A stretch of DNA of 63,877 bases, filler included, from Octopus bimaculoides (GCF_001194135.2; 6 parts of 5 records of this genome joined end to end with filler, not necessarily neighbours in it), one strand, 5' to 3'. Shown: positions 11,581 through 24,841, numbered from the whole stretch's first letter. The notes: generated by a model from the letters alone, not told the origin. Numbers and translations are program-made.

Positions 11581-13295
11581 GTACACACACATACACATGG
11601 ACATACATACATACATATACATTTATATACATATATACATATAGTATTAGAATATTGATTTTTTCTGGTTATATATGTCTGAATGCTTTCCATTACATAT
11701 CAAATACTGTATATCAGAACTCGCGTTACTTCGGTATCCATTACGAATACCTAATGAAAAGCAAAGCGATAAAATTTCCCGTAGGTTTGTTTTTTTCTTC
11801 TTCAGCTGCTGCCAAATAAATGGCTCTGTTAAATTGATTTTGTAAGGTGTTATTTATGATTTCACCGTTTCCTCTATTTGACTGGCATTTTTGTCGATTC
11901 GGTATCAATAAAACATCGCATTATGGTGAATAGCCTTTCTGTCTTCTGACTACCTTAGTGGTTCACCTAGAGGTGAATATCCAACAGCTAGGTTGGGATA
12001 GAGCACATACCATCATACTCCACATGTTACATCTTCAAATTGCATCAATTTCGCTTTCCATTTCGCAATAATCCATTAATGAGTAGTTTTCTTTCATTCT
12101 AAGTTCTGAATTTATTATGTGTGAAGAGAACGAGGACAGTTACGTGATTAGAAGAAACTTTAGGAACAATTAGCTTTGGTTCCAAAACTAGAATTATTTA
12201 AAATGACGCTATTCGCCAATCAAAATTGCATAATATAATATCTAAGACAAGAAGATTTATAAGGAACAGTGTTAAAATTTTGATTTATCATCAAATTTCT
12301 AAACATCCGGAAACCGAAGAACTCTAGTAAATGAAATGGAACATCTTTTGTAGATTTGGCTCTGTGATTCAACTGATAATCCATTCGTTTTAGTTAATTG
12401 TCCAACCATGCGAAGACTCTCAAAACGATTGCAGCCACACGAAGAGAATGGAATAAAGAAAACGTACGAAAATTAAACAAAATGAAGTTTGTGCAACGAA
12501 GGAAAAAAAAAAAAATTCTTTTCGATATTCCTGAAGATTCGTCAGTGTTAGGAATCAATTTACTCCAACAATGTTAAGGTTTTGGTGTCAATTAAAACTG
12601 CGGATGAAAATTATCGGACTGAGTATTCGTGGAATAAATGGTGGTTGACAAATTGCGCTAGATTTCAAATTGTAGTGTTAATAGCTCTTATACAGGGAAC
12701 CAGATGTGCAGTCTGTGTTTAAAATGAATTAACGATCATTTAACACTTTTATTTGGTGGAAAATTCTACTGGTCAGTTAAAATTAAAAGCCAATATCAAT
12801 CTATCTTTCAGAAAGCACACGTGTGTTGAATTTTTCTCTTAACCAGTGCTTCGCGTGATTATTTGGGAAACGAACACTACTTAAATTTACAAACTCTATA
12901 TTTGAAAAAAAAAAAAAGGTTAAAAAAAGCGCAACACAAGAAATTTTCATTATTCTGACAGATTTTCGAAGGTATTCTGCACAACATGATACTAGCATCA
13001 ACAAAGTGTTTGGCTTTAGTAATTAAAATCTTCATGATCAATTTACAGCTATGGTTTACATATGGTGAGAATGATATCAAAAACATTTACATATCGCGTG
13101 AGATCCTGTAGTGAAAAGTAATTTAGTATTTCATGGATTTCTCGTGTTTGTTTTTTAGTTGCAGCCTATTGGTTCGGTATTCCACAATGTTCGAGCTTAT
13201 CTTCTGAATTAATAACTCATAGTTCCCCTTCTTTTCATTCAGTGTACCTTTGGGATGTAATCATTTTTAAATACCTCAGAGTTAATCTATTGTTA

Positions 13296-13308
13296 GTTGC
13301 TAGGAAAC
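13296..13308. promoter_or_regulatory. RFX X-box-like motif GTTGCTAGGAAAC
   Basis: Match to the palindromic RFX consensus; motif only, no linked gene. Confidence 0.3.
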
Positions 13309-14136
13309 ACGTTAAAAATGTAAAAAAAAAAGTTACTAATGGTTAAAAAAAACCCCAGAAAAGTATTTATGAGTGAGTAGGCGTCCTGAACAAAGGCGAA
13401 GAAAAAGAAAGAAGGAAAGAAATAATGATGAAAAATTTAAAGAAAATATTCGACCAATAATTCGAATGTAATAAATTTAGCAAATCGTTATCCTATACAA
13501 AACAAAGAAATAAAAGTTTTAGAATATGGGAATTAAATTTACTGAAATTCTGAAACTCGCCACAACAGATCACATTAAAAACTCGAAGAAATTTAGAAAA
13601 CATCGGCTGCGGGAATTTTACCATACGAAGGAATATGAATATTTATCACCTGCAAGAAACATGGTGAAGTTTAAACCTCAAATGAACAGAAATAGACACA
13701 TACAGGAATATATATAAAGCATCTCGAACTCACAGATTCCAGCAAGTCGCATGAAATCAAAAATTACAAGCAAAGACCAAACATTATTGAGACCCAACAG
13801 GACGATTCTTCCAAAAATAAACTCAAGAATGAGGAGCGTGTATAGGAAAGGCAAAACACATCGGAGTAAAATACATTTAGAAGAGTTAATGAGTATCTCT
13901 ACAAAGATTTAAAAGCAATAAAGATAAAAAATGAGTTCAATGGAATGACAATGGATAAGTTTCAAGGTAATTAAACGGAATGAGAGTTAAGTCATTTAAG
14001 CAATTTTGATACGAAACAGCCATTTTTATGGACTAACAAAATATGCGAGACAACCACAATATAAGAGAATAGCTCTCTAGTACGGATATCGATCTACAGT
14101 ATTTTTACTAACACGAGGGAAATATTTAATAGGGAT

Positions 14137-14664
14137 ATCTCAGCAGCTCAGTTTAGAAAAGAATTTATTGTGGCCTATTACATACTGACCGTTATGTAAA
14201 CCTCCTCCTCAAGGAATGTGAAGATAGGCTGGAAAGCGGTGCATTTTCCAATCGAAGTCGGATGTAGAGAGTTTGTTGGACACAATGTGAGACGACTGTT
14301 GTTATCGTTAGGCCTAACTTATCATAAAGTAAATACCACTATGACCGATATCCAAGCTACAGTAGAAAAGGCTAGCCTCTAGATTTGGTTAAAACGAGAC
14401 GATGAGGAATGGCTAGAAGAATATTGAGCTATATTTAATACACAGTTGATCTGGCAAGCGCGGCCTCATATCAGTGATGGGGGCCAGTGCGCATTCATGC
14501 CGTCGAGGGGTAGACCCGGGCAATGTGCGCATTCTCTCTTGATGACACCATACACTGCTAGCTTCCGGTAGGCGGAGTTTTCGACTGCTAGCACTTGCAT
14601 ATGCAAGTTGTTTGCAAAACATCTCAGCAGCTCAGTTTACAAAAGAATTTATTGTGGCTTATTA
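14137..14664 (+). repeat. 44-bp direct repeat pair (14137-14180 and 14621-14664), probable target-site duplication
   Basis: ATCTCAGCAGCTCAGTTTA(G/C)AAAAGAATTTATTGTGGC(C/T)TATTA, 42/44 identical, exactly bracketing the LINE fragment. Confidence 0.9.
14181..14620 (+). mobile_element. 5'-truncated HERO-like (R2 superfamily) LINE: endonuclease C-terminus plus 3' UTR
   Basis: DRYVNLLLKECED/(frameshift)GWKAVHFPIEVGCREFVGHNVRRLLLSLG...EKASL*IWLKRDDEEW. The PIEVGCRxF and ASxWIWxKR motifs resemble HERO-clade elements. Flanked by a 44-bp direct repeat. Confidence 0.8.
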
Positions 14665-15159
14665 AAGATGTATAATTAAAGCTTATGGATTTCAGGACGT
14701 GCACCCCTAGATCTAAAATTGGTTTTTAATCTGTATTAATGATACCATCTTCCAACATTCAGAACCCTATTCCTTAAATACTGTGATTCTCAACTATTTT
14801 TATTCATGGATCCCTTTGATTCATATTTTACTCGAGTGAACCTCTATATCCATTAAATGTTTAACATTTACTACTATATTTTCTTATTAGACATCATTAG
14901 GAATTGTATGAAAAATACATAAAATATTTCCTGCTGAAGCATAACTGATTTATTGCACATAGATTTTAAGAATCTGTACCCGGCCTTGAGTAAATAGTAA
15001 GCAAAGTTTTGAACCGTGAAATATTTCTATCGGATTTTGGCAGAGTTTTGAATTCTTTTAAATCTTGTTTTTTAATTATCTGATAATACAGTCAGACATG
15101 CTCAAGTGAATCAGTAAATTAACGTAGGTATTTTTTCACTGTTGTCACAATAATTTGAA

Positions 15160-15370
15160 ATGGAAATGTCAAAGCACGATATTGGAGGAATTTTGCTATT
15201 CTCCTTCAAAAGAGGACGTAAAGCTACTGAAACCGCTAGCGATTTCAACGAAACGTTTGATGAAAAAATGACCAGTGAGTGGTCAGCTCGAAAATAGTTT
15301 CAATGATTTCGCATTGGAGACCCCAACCTTGAAGAACATGATGTTGTGGACGCCCATTTGTCATCAGTGA
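15160..15370 (+). mobile_element. Mariner transposase N-terminal HTH remnant (Hsmar1/cecropia-like)
   Basis: MEMSKHDIGGILLFSFKRGRKATETASDFNETF...FRIGDPNLEE, with internal stops. Confidence 0.7.
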
Positions 15371-17049
15371 CGGTCAATTAAAGAGTCATTGAGAAAAATC
15401 CACCATTTGCATGCGATCGGAAAATCAAAAATGCTCGACAAATTCAGTAAATTTTGGGATTGCTGTAAATTTAATTCCCATATTCTACAAGTTTCCACGG
15501 TAGTTGACGAAGCTGACGCTACCGATGTCGCAGACTATGAAACATAAAAAAGGAAATGAAACATTAATCTAAGGATTTCTAATCAGGTCAGGCTTATCTT
15601 ACTTTGTTATCCCGTACTGAAAAAGGCATAATGAGCCAGAAATGCAGCTTGGATATCCAAGAGACGAGGTCACTGAGCTGATAAAGGTGAACTGACAACT
15701 TACTACAAGCGTGAGATTTTCTCCACTGTAAACTGCAACGATATCGCCTTTAGGAGTTGAAATATGTCAGACATATTGAACTTACTTCAATTCTGTTTAT
15801 GTCTTATTACTGCTTCATGCTACTACTACGAACGTGTTTGTTTTGAACAAGGGATCGTTTTGACTGCTCTGTTATAAAGCTGCAACATTTTAACCAACAC
15901 AAAATTATCTCTCTTTGCTATCCCTTACTGAAGAAAGCATAACGAGTCAGAAAAAAATCTAGCAGCCTAATAGGAGGTATCACTAAGCTGACAATATTCT
16001 GTTTACAATTATGCCATAATCGAGAACTTTTTTCTCTCCCCATGTGGTAAACCGTGGTAAAATCTCTTTATAAGCTGAAATATGTCAAACATATTCACTA
16101 ACCGGGGAGTATGTTTTTAAATTGCTATGTAAACCGCTGTATATTATATATACATATACATTTACATATGTATAATGTGTAACCATATATATTTGCACAC
16201 ACGCACACACACATCCAGAGTTGATAAATGCACTGTGCAACACTGGAAGACATAAAAGAAACGAAAGATATTTAATACGGTTCTTCTGTGAATTCTTCTT
16301 TACTTTCAGGTTATTATACGGATTTACATAAGTATATATACACATATTTTTCGTTATTGTATCAGCTTCACGCCAAGCAAGTGTCATCGTTGCATATTAA
16401 ACTTGGTAGTACACCTTTGAGTTTTAGCTAGATAAATGTGTGATCAAATAATTTGAACACATTTTCTCTATATCAAACATTTAAACGAACCAATCGATAG
16501 AATTACATATTGTCAAGGAATCGTTAGAATTTCTATAAAATATATAAAATAAGAACTAGCTTGTGACATGTTAACACCTCGTCACCTTTCATTTAATTCT
16601 GGAATTCAATATGGAGGCGACGCAAAACTTTTGTATGCTAATGGTAATAAACTGAGAAGAAAAATAGCGATAAAAAAATCTTTAAAAACAAGTTAATTGA
16701 ACGAACAAAAATGAATTTATTCAAGTTAAAATTTAAATTTGTTTTCCCCATCTCTAAATTCCATGTTTATGTGCATGATTCGAGAAGGAACATTATTTTA
16801 CTGTCACGTATTTATATATCGAAAGTTTATTTCCTCATTGTGCAATAATATATCACAGCTTTATTTCCACCTTTAAATAAAACAGCTTTCGTTAAATTTT
16901 ATGTTACTTTGGGAAGACCCAAGTTTTGAAATTTTCACAATTTTAAACATGAGTTACTGTGTGCGTGCGTGTATGAAAGCAAGGTATTCGGTACGTTTTG
17001 TCATTGATATCTACTTAAGATATTGGCATTACTGTTGTATAAACTTTCG

Positions 17050-17354
17050 TTAGTGATAAACAAGCAAAACTCGGATCGATTGAACATGACTCTTCCGGTT
17101 TTCATTCAAGCATCTAAAATTGAATAATAAATTGTTATTTGCATCGTGAACAACGAGATCTGAAACGGTAATTTGCACGTTCGTTCTTGATGCAGTTACG
17201 GTAGTCACTTTTGTGTGGGTCACAGAACAATGTCTACTATTCATGACGACAGTATATCCCATAACACACTCAGTTCTTTGGTGAAATTGCTTTATGGACA
17301 CCAGTGTTTCGACATATTTTAACCCGTCAGATAGAGGTACCCAGTCATTTGAAC
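17050..17354 (-). CDS. Candidate terminal exon encoding a beta-rich domain of about 100 aa (possibly FN3/Ig-like): GSNDWVPLSDGLKYVETLVSIKQF...GYTVVM...TNVQITVSDL...LFNFRCLNENRKS...VYH*
   Basis: 101 open codons in AT-rich unique DNA, starting at acceptor gatttgtctag (phase 1). The fold guess is inference. Confidence 0.4.
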
Positions 17355-18162
17355 CTAGACAAATCATTGGCTTTGTTTACAATTTCAGCGAACAAGCATA
17401 TTATCTGCTAACCGGGAATACTATTGCTTCTTACGTTTCTTCTAAATCACAGTAGCGTATTCTGAAGGCTACACTGAAAGCTATTTCTATCGAGCGAAAA
17501 TACAAGGGGTCAAACGTTAGTGTAAATCAGGTTATGACTCAAGATATCATCCGTTTGAAGACATAGGAAAATGTAATACACTTTACTTTTCTCCATCAGT
17601 TAATGACACGTATATAGGGATATAAACTAGGCCATCAAGTCGAATCTGTTTTGGATTTACTATAGGGTCTATGGCTATAGATATTTAATTGGGTCTAAAA
17701 TTATACATACAAATATTCATAATTTCATATACACGTACATACATACATTACATACATATATATTTATACACACGCACATACATATATTTATATATATACA
17801 GACAAATATACATATGCATATTAATGCATATATACACACACACACACTAACAAACACACATATGTATAAAGTTGACTTAATACTTTGAAGACATGTAGGA
17901 GACGTCCATCTATCTACTCTGACATAATTGCGAATAAACGTTTTGAGTGCCGCTCTCGCTATTTTTACACTGAATCATGTGTATATATATATATATATAT
18001 ATNNNNNNNNNNNNNNNNNNNNNNNNNNNNNNNNNNNNNNNNNNNNTTAATTAATTAANNNNNNNNNNNNNNNNNNNNNNNNNNNNNNNNNNNNNNNNNN
18101 NNGTTTATAGATCAATTTTGTTTTATTTTATGCTTTTCTTTTCAAAATATATCAAAATTATA

Positions 18163-18246
<84 letters not shown>

Positions 18247-18979
18247 CATTATAATTATTATTATCATCATCACTGTTATTATTATTATTATTATTAAGAA
18301 ATCCTTCTCTCCCGGTGAGGGAGAACAATTGATGCTGTTGCTGTCCTTGTTACAGTTGAGACCCAAGTAAGACCCGATAATACAGATCTACAATTAAATT
18401 CCTTCCAGGCATATCTATCTCGTCTCCCCACCACTACCACCACCATATACACACACCAGGGGCCCCTTCGACCACATTACCCCCCAGGGGATACTTAAAA
18501 ATTAAAGAAACACACGATAGTGTGTGAATTGAGTAAGATTTCACTATATCTATTATTTTAGCAAACCTCATTGGGTGCTATTTCTATCAACATGCTTCAT
18601 TCTTCTTAGATGGAAGAATTTTTAGTAAAAACAATTTGCCGGTTGCCAACTTTTACTTTGTTAATTCTTCTCTTATAAATGCCGGCTATTTACTCCTTCC
18701 TTGTACACATCTAATACAAAATAATCCACAGAGAACTAGAAAAGTCTATGCATTTGCATTTCATAATGGAAAGTAGTAGATTTCTTTCTCTCCTTTACTA
18801 TTTTTTCCTTTTATGAAACCGTGTACAGCGGTGCTAAGTTTCGACAGCGGTATTTCATCACATAATTACGAAGTCACTTTGCACACGTAATTACGTGACC
18901 GCATATTTCTTTTCTACAATTACTATTATCATCCATATTATTATTTTTATTGTTGTTGTTGTTGTTATTATTATTATTA

Positions 18980-19018
<39 letters not shown>

Positions 19019-20108
19019 GTCACATATATGACATCTCTAGGAGGTCTGCATGCCCGCAAGTAATGTACACAACGATGATTTACGTCTGTTTTGTTTACAT
19101 TTCGTCTTTACGAACTCGCATGTGTGTGTGCGTGCGTATGTGTACGTTCTTTTTTTTTTTTCTTGTGTGAGACACAGAGAGAAAGGGAGTGAGAGAAAGA
19201 GAGTGAAAGAAAGAGAGAGAAAGAGAGAATATGTGTATGCGTGTGTGCTTGTGAGGGGATGCGCGCAAGTAGCAATGGAATAAACATCTTGTCCCACTCT
19301 TTGCAAAGTTGCATGTATTTCACACCAAATAGCTCTTAGTGGCAGTCTGCCGAAGGGAAAATTTTTCCCATTCACAAACGATTATTGACAATTTTTTTCA
19401 GCAAGTCCCCTAGTAGCATGCAGATTTAAAGACTCCTTCAATCTTTTTTCCCTGATATTTCTGTCTCCAGCATTTGTGTTTTAGTGCGTTGACACACCTA
19501 ATCCAAACGACAGCTAAGTTTCTTGTTTGTACTGCAGATAACATTAAGGATGCATGTGTGTGTACATGTGTATGTATGTATGTGTATGAGTGTGTGCCTA
19601 GAGATATATATGGATTCATATTTATATTTATTCACACACACACACACACACATTATATATATATATATATATATATATATNNNNNNNNNNNNNNNNNNNN
19701 NNNNNNNNNNNNNNNNNNNNNNNNNNNNNNNNNNNNNNNNNNNNNNNNNNNNNNNNNNNNNNNNNNNNNNNNNNNNNNNNNNNNNNNNNNNNNNNNNNNN
19801 NNNNNNNNNNNNNNNNNNNNNNNNNNNNNNNNNNNNNNNNNNNNNNNNNNNNNNNNNNNNNNNNNNNNNNNNNNNNNNNNNNNNNNNNNNNNNNNNNNNN
19901 NNNNNNNNNNNNNNNNNNNNNNNNNNNNNNNNNNNNNNNNNNNNNNNNNNNNNNNNNNNNNNNNNNNNNNNNNNNNNNNNNNNNNNNNNNNNNNNNNNNN
20001 NNNNNNNNNNNNNNNNNNNNNNNNNNNNNNNNNNNNNNNNNNNNNNNNNNNNNNNNNNNNNNNNNNNNNNNNNNNNNNNNNNNNNNNNNNNNNNNNNNNN
20101 NNNGATAT

Positions 20109-20139
<31 letters not shown>

Positions 20140-21084
20140 CGCATATACGTATGTATGCAACCTTGTATGTGTGTGTATGTGTGTGTATGCATCTGTGTGT
20201 ATGTGTGTGTGTGTGTGTGTAGCTATATGTATTATCATTTTATCCTCTCATGCGCATAATCAAACACTTGCCTGTATGTATTTATACGTTTATTATGTGC
20301 ACGTGCGCGCCTGTTTCTATGTGCCTCTGTGCGCGTGTACGTTTCTCTGTCTATCTCTCTTTTACGCTTTCAACCAATTTCTCTTTCTTTCATTTTGTCT
20401 TTTCTTTCTCTCTGTCCTTCTTTCTTTCACTCTCTCACTCTTTCATCTCTACCTTTCTCCCTCTTCCTCTCTGTATGTCTCCCCCCCTCTCTCTCTCTAT
20501 GTGAGCTTGTAAGTGTGTATGCTTGCGTGAATATGCTTTTTTGCATTGAGAATATTGCTTGTAAGCTTTGTAGAAACTTTCTATCTCTTATATGTTTTGT
20601 TGTTTTTGCTACAGCCTTATAAAAATTTCAAGAGATTTGTCTCTCTCATTCTACATCTCTTTGTTTTTCTCTCTCTCTCCTTCAGTCTTTAGTTCCAGGC
20701 CTGTCTCTCTCTGTCTCTTTCTCTTTCTCTGTCTGTCTACCCCTGTCTCTTTCAATCTCTCTCTCTTTCTCTCCCCATCTCTCTCTACCCCTGTCTCTCT
20801 AGCATTCTCTCTCCAATCACAATTACCCTGTATTCTCTCATTGATTCACTGCAGACATACATGCACAGAGAAACACACTGCATACACACATGCATACAAA
20901 CATACGTACATGCACAAATGAATGCAAGTTAAAATCCCTACATATATGTGTGCGTATGTTATATATACATGTGTGTGTGTGTGTATGTACGTATGCATGC
21001 ATGTATGTATTAAAACGTGTCTCAGTTGTTGTTTTGCCAATATGTTATGTATCATAAACTCTAATAAACAGAATCGATCGATCG

Positions 21085-21215
21085 CCGCCGGTTTCGTCAT
21101 CGATAAATAAATACTCCACTAGATCGATCAACTAAACTGCCAACTCATGGAATTATATTGCGCTAGTGGCTGGGTATTCCACAGGCAAGCGTGCGATTAA
21201 CGTAAAAACATCTCT
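21085..21215. mobile_element. SINE-like family C remnant
   Basis: GTGGCTGGGTATTCCACAG...TTAACGTA is similar to 7772-7810. Confidence 0.45.
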
Positions 21216-21299
21216 TTATTCTTTTTTTCGTATGAGAGTGAATCTGTGGGATTGAGTGAAACATAAACCTTTAAATTGCAGTCAATTCGACGACTGGGC

Positions 21300-21435
21300 T
21301 TTCATACTTTTTGTGTATTTACCGTCAGCTTCACTCGGAAGATTTGAGAGAGGGTTAAAAGACACTTGCCAAAGACGTCACGCAGTGGGATCAATCCAGA
21401 ACCAGGGTCTGATTGGGAAGTGGACTTGTGAACTA
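21300..21435 (-). mobile_element. SINE family B remnant
   Basis: AAGACACTTGCCAAAG..CACGCAGTGGGA is the reverse complement of the family B head region. Confidence 0.6.
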
Positions 21436-22703
21436 TTCAGTGGTGCCTGAGTGTACCACAGGGAGTTTTTTCACTTCTTCTTCCTCTCACCCTCTTTCTC
21501 TCTCTCCACACAGACATACACGCTCATATTATGCATAAACACACATATATGCAGATATGTATATGTGCGTGTATGTATATATGCGTGTGTTATGTGTATG
21601 CGTGCGCCCGTATATAGATATATACAAACGCATTGTCATTTATATAAACAGATAAAATGTTAGTGAGTGTGTGTGTATGTATATATATATATNNNNNNNN
21701 NNNNNNNNNNNNNNNNNNNNNNNNNNNNNNNNNNNNNNNNNNNNNNNNNNNNNNNNNNNNNNNNNNNNNNNNNNNNNNNNNNNNNNNNNNNNNNNNNNNN
21801 NNNNNNNNNNNNNNNNNNNNNNNNNNNNNNNNNNNNNNNNNNNNNNNNNNNNNNNNNNNNNNNNNNNNNNNNNNNNNNNNNNNNNNNNNNNNNNNNNNNN
21901 NNNNNNNNNNNNNNNNNNNNNNNNNNNNNNNNNNNNNNNNNNNNNNNNNNNNNNNNNNNNNNNNNNNNNNNNNNNNNNNNNNNNNNNNNNNNNNNNNNNN
22001 NNNNNNNNNNNNNNNNNNNNNNNNNNNNNNNNNNNNNNNNNNNNNNNNNNNNNNNNNNNNNNNNNNNNNNNNNNNNNNNNNNNNNNNNNNNNNNNNNNNN
22101 NNNNNNNNNNNNNNNNNNNNNNNNNNNNNNNNNNNNNNNNNNNNNNNNNNNNNNNNNNNNNNNNNNNNNNNNNNNNNNNNNNNNNNNNNNNNNNNNNNNN
22201 NNNNNNNNNNNNNNNNNNNNNNNNNNNNNNNNNNNNNNNNNNNNNNNNNNNNNNNNNNNNNNNNNNNNNNNNNNNNNNNNNNNNNNNNNNNNNNNNNNNN
22301 NNNNNNNNNNNNNNNNNNNNNNNNNNNNNNNNNNNNNNNNNNNNNNNNNNNNNNNNNNNNNNNNNNNNNNNNNNNNNNNNNNNNNNNNNNNNNNNNNNNN
22401 NNNNNNNNNNNNNNNNNNNNNNNNNNNNNNNNNNNNNNNNNNNNNNNNNNNNNNNNNNNNNNNNNNNNNNNNNNNNNNNNNNNNNNNNNNNNNNNNNNNN
22501 NNNNNNNNNNNNNNNNNNNNNNNNNNNNNNNNNNNNNNNNNNNNNNNNNNNNNNNNNNNNNNNNNNNNNNNNNNNNNNNNNNNNNNNNNNNNNNNNNNNN
22601 NNNNNNNNNNNNNNNNNNNNNNNNNNNNNNNNNNNNNNNNNNNNNNNNNNNNNNNNNNNNNNNNNNNNNNNNNNNNNNNNNNNNNNNNNNNTATATATAT
22701 ATG

Positions 22704-22748
<45 letters not shown>

Positions 22749-23153
22749 TTGTACGCATACACACACACACACACATATATGTATGTATGTATATGTGCAT
22801 TCACGCACACACTCACACACGCACGCACGCACGCACACACTCACACATGCTCACACATCATATAACTTTAAATAGACTACAGGGAAAACAAAGTTTGCGA
22901 AACAGAATTTCTTCATGTGTGTGTCTGTGTGTACGCATGTATCTACACACACACACGCACACACACACACATACATACACACACACACATACACACCATA
23001 CATATATACATACATGTTCATACACACAAAACAATTCAGTCTTATTTACTTTATATTCTGTTCTCTTTCTCTGCCCACATTTTATGTCTTTCTATCTCTC
23101 TTTTTTCTCTCTTCGTCTCTCTATCTCTCTCTTACTCTCTTCATCTCTCCCTC

Positions 23154-23185
<32 letters not shown>

Positions 23186-23359
23186 CTCCTTTCTCTCTTT
23201 GTCTTTATTTCTTTTATTCTCTACGCAAAACAATATCACTTTCACGCTTTAACTACTCCATTCGCACTATTATTTTAAAACAATTTTACTCTCACATCCT
23301 AACCACATCTCTGTCTGTCTGTCTGTTTTTCCCTCTCTCTATCTCTGCCTGTCTCTCTC

Positions 23360-23411
<52 letters not shown>

Positions 23412-23546
23412 ACACAGGCGCACGCACAACACACTAACACTGACATACAGACACGCGCACACACTTCTTTTAGTGTTAATGTGAGTGGTGAAATTCTGGA
23501 TAAATGCATTAGCAGCAGCGATCACCATTCATACCCATGTATCCCC

Positions 23547-23612
23547 CATCCATCGCCATCCATCGCCAACCTTCGTCAGCTATCGCCAGTCATCGCCAAC
23601 CATCGCCAGCCA
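23547..23612. repeat. 10-bp tandem array (CCATCGCCAN) x about 6.5
   Basis: ccatcgccat ccatcgccaa ccttcgtcag ctatcgccag tcatcgccaa ccatcgccag. Confidence 0.85.
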
Positions 23613-23795
23613 CTAGAACAGATGTTGAAATCAGTTCAGTTTTCACAGCAATAACCACCATCATCAGTCTAAAGCGTGCGAATTAATAATTTTGACGATA
23701 TTGATGATAACAATGAAGCTAGCGCTGTCTGGCTGTGATTATTCTTAAGCCAGAAGTGCTGGCTGTCCAGTCAGTTGCTGGAGTCACTCAAGCCG

Positions 23796-23809
23796 GTTGC
23801 CATGGCGGC
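23796..23809. promoter_or_regulatory. RFX X-box-like motif GTTGCCATGGCGGC
   Basis: 12/14 match to GTTGCCATGGCAAC in a unique, GC-richer island. Confidence 0.3.
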
Positions 23810-24410
23810 AGTGACAGCTTTCTCCTTTAGCTTGCAAGAAAACAGCTAAGTGAATGTGTCTAGCTCGTTGCGCTAGAGGCAACAAAACAAACAATAAAAC
23901 AGCAGCATGAAGAAAAAAAACATAGTAAAAAGACCTAGCACGCACACAAACAGAAATATACACACGCACAAATAAGACTCATCTACACATGTTACTAGTT
24001 ACTAGTAACACGTTTTATTCAGGGATACACTCTCCTAATGCTTACAACACCTGTTTATATTAATATTACGAGCTACTCATTTTTTGTTTCCGCCTTTTTT
24101 TCATCGCTTGCTATTCTTAAATTAATAATTACGCAGTTGAGTTATCCACACAGAGTTTCAGGTTATGGGGTTTACTAAACACACGCATTAAACTGACTCA
24201 GGATCGGAAAAAACAGTATTTTTATTTGTTATACATTCTCCTGAAATAGTTCAGTTTTGTGGCCAAAGAAAAGCCCTGGTATTTACGCGCACCCCCACGT
24301 ACTCACACACACACACATTCTACACATAGCAGCATTTTTCTATCTGTTAATTTCTTAACTTTTTGTCACTGTTAGTTTCCCTGTTTATATACGAACACTC
24401 AAAAACACAC

Positions 24411-24454
<44 letters not shown>

Positions 24455-24841
24455 ACACAGACACACAGACACACAGGCACACACACACATAAAACACACG
24501 CAAACGCGCGCGTGCACACACACACGCATACACATACACACACGCATACACATACACACACGCATACACACACACTTATACTCACTCATTCTCACACCTC
24601 ACACTCACATACGCATTAAATATCATACACAAATGGCTAACAGAAACCCGTCTCATGCAGGCTTGTAGATGAGACAGGTTCCTGTCGGAAGTCCGCGCAA
24701 CCTTAAGTCGCATAAAACCGAATCNNNNNNNNNNNNNNNNNNNNNNNNNNNNNNNNNNNNNNNNNNNNNNNNNNNNNNNNNNNNNNNNNNNNNNNNNNNN
24801 NNNNNNNNNNNNNNNNNNNNNNNNNNNNNNNCTTTTTACAG

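Noticed and set aside
11900-12450. Very decayed mariner-like peptide traces on the minus strand (VTCG..WYVLYPN..SPLGEP)
   Set aside because: Too degenerate to delimit or support as a feature.
13750-14130. Possible highly decayed RTE-like RT C-terminal region
   Set aside because: Only vague motif resemblance across several frames.
18884-18897. 14-bp palindrome CACGTAATTACGTG
   Set aside because: A single short palindrome with no supporting context.
19474-23278. Long ORFs of 180-535 aa (also at 1413, 27180, 30299, 36852, 38794, 44671, 54364)
   Set aside because: They consist of N gaps and microsatellite translations.
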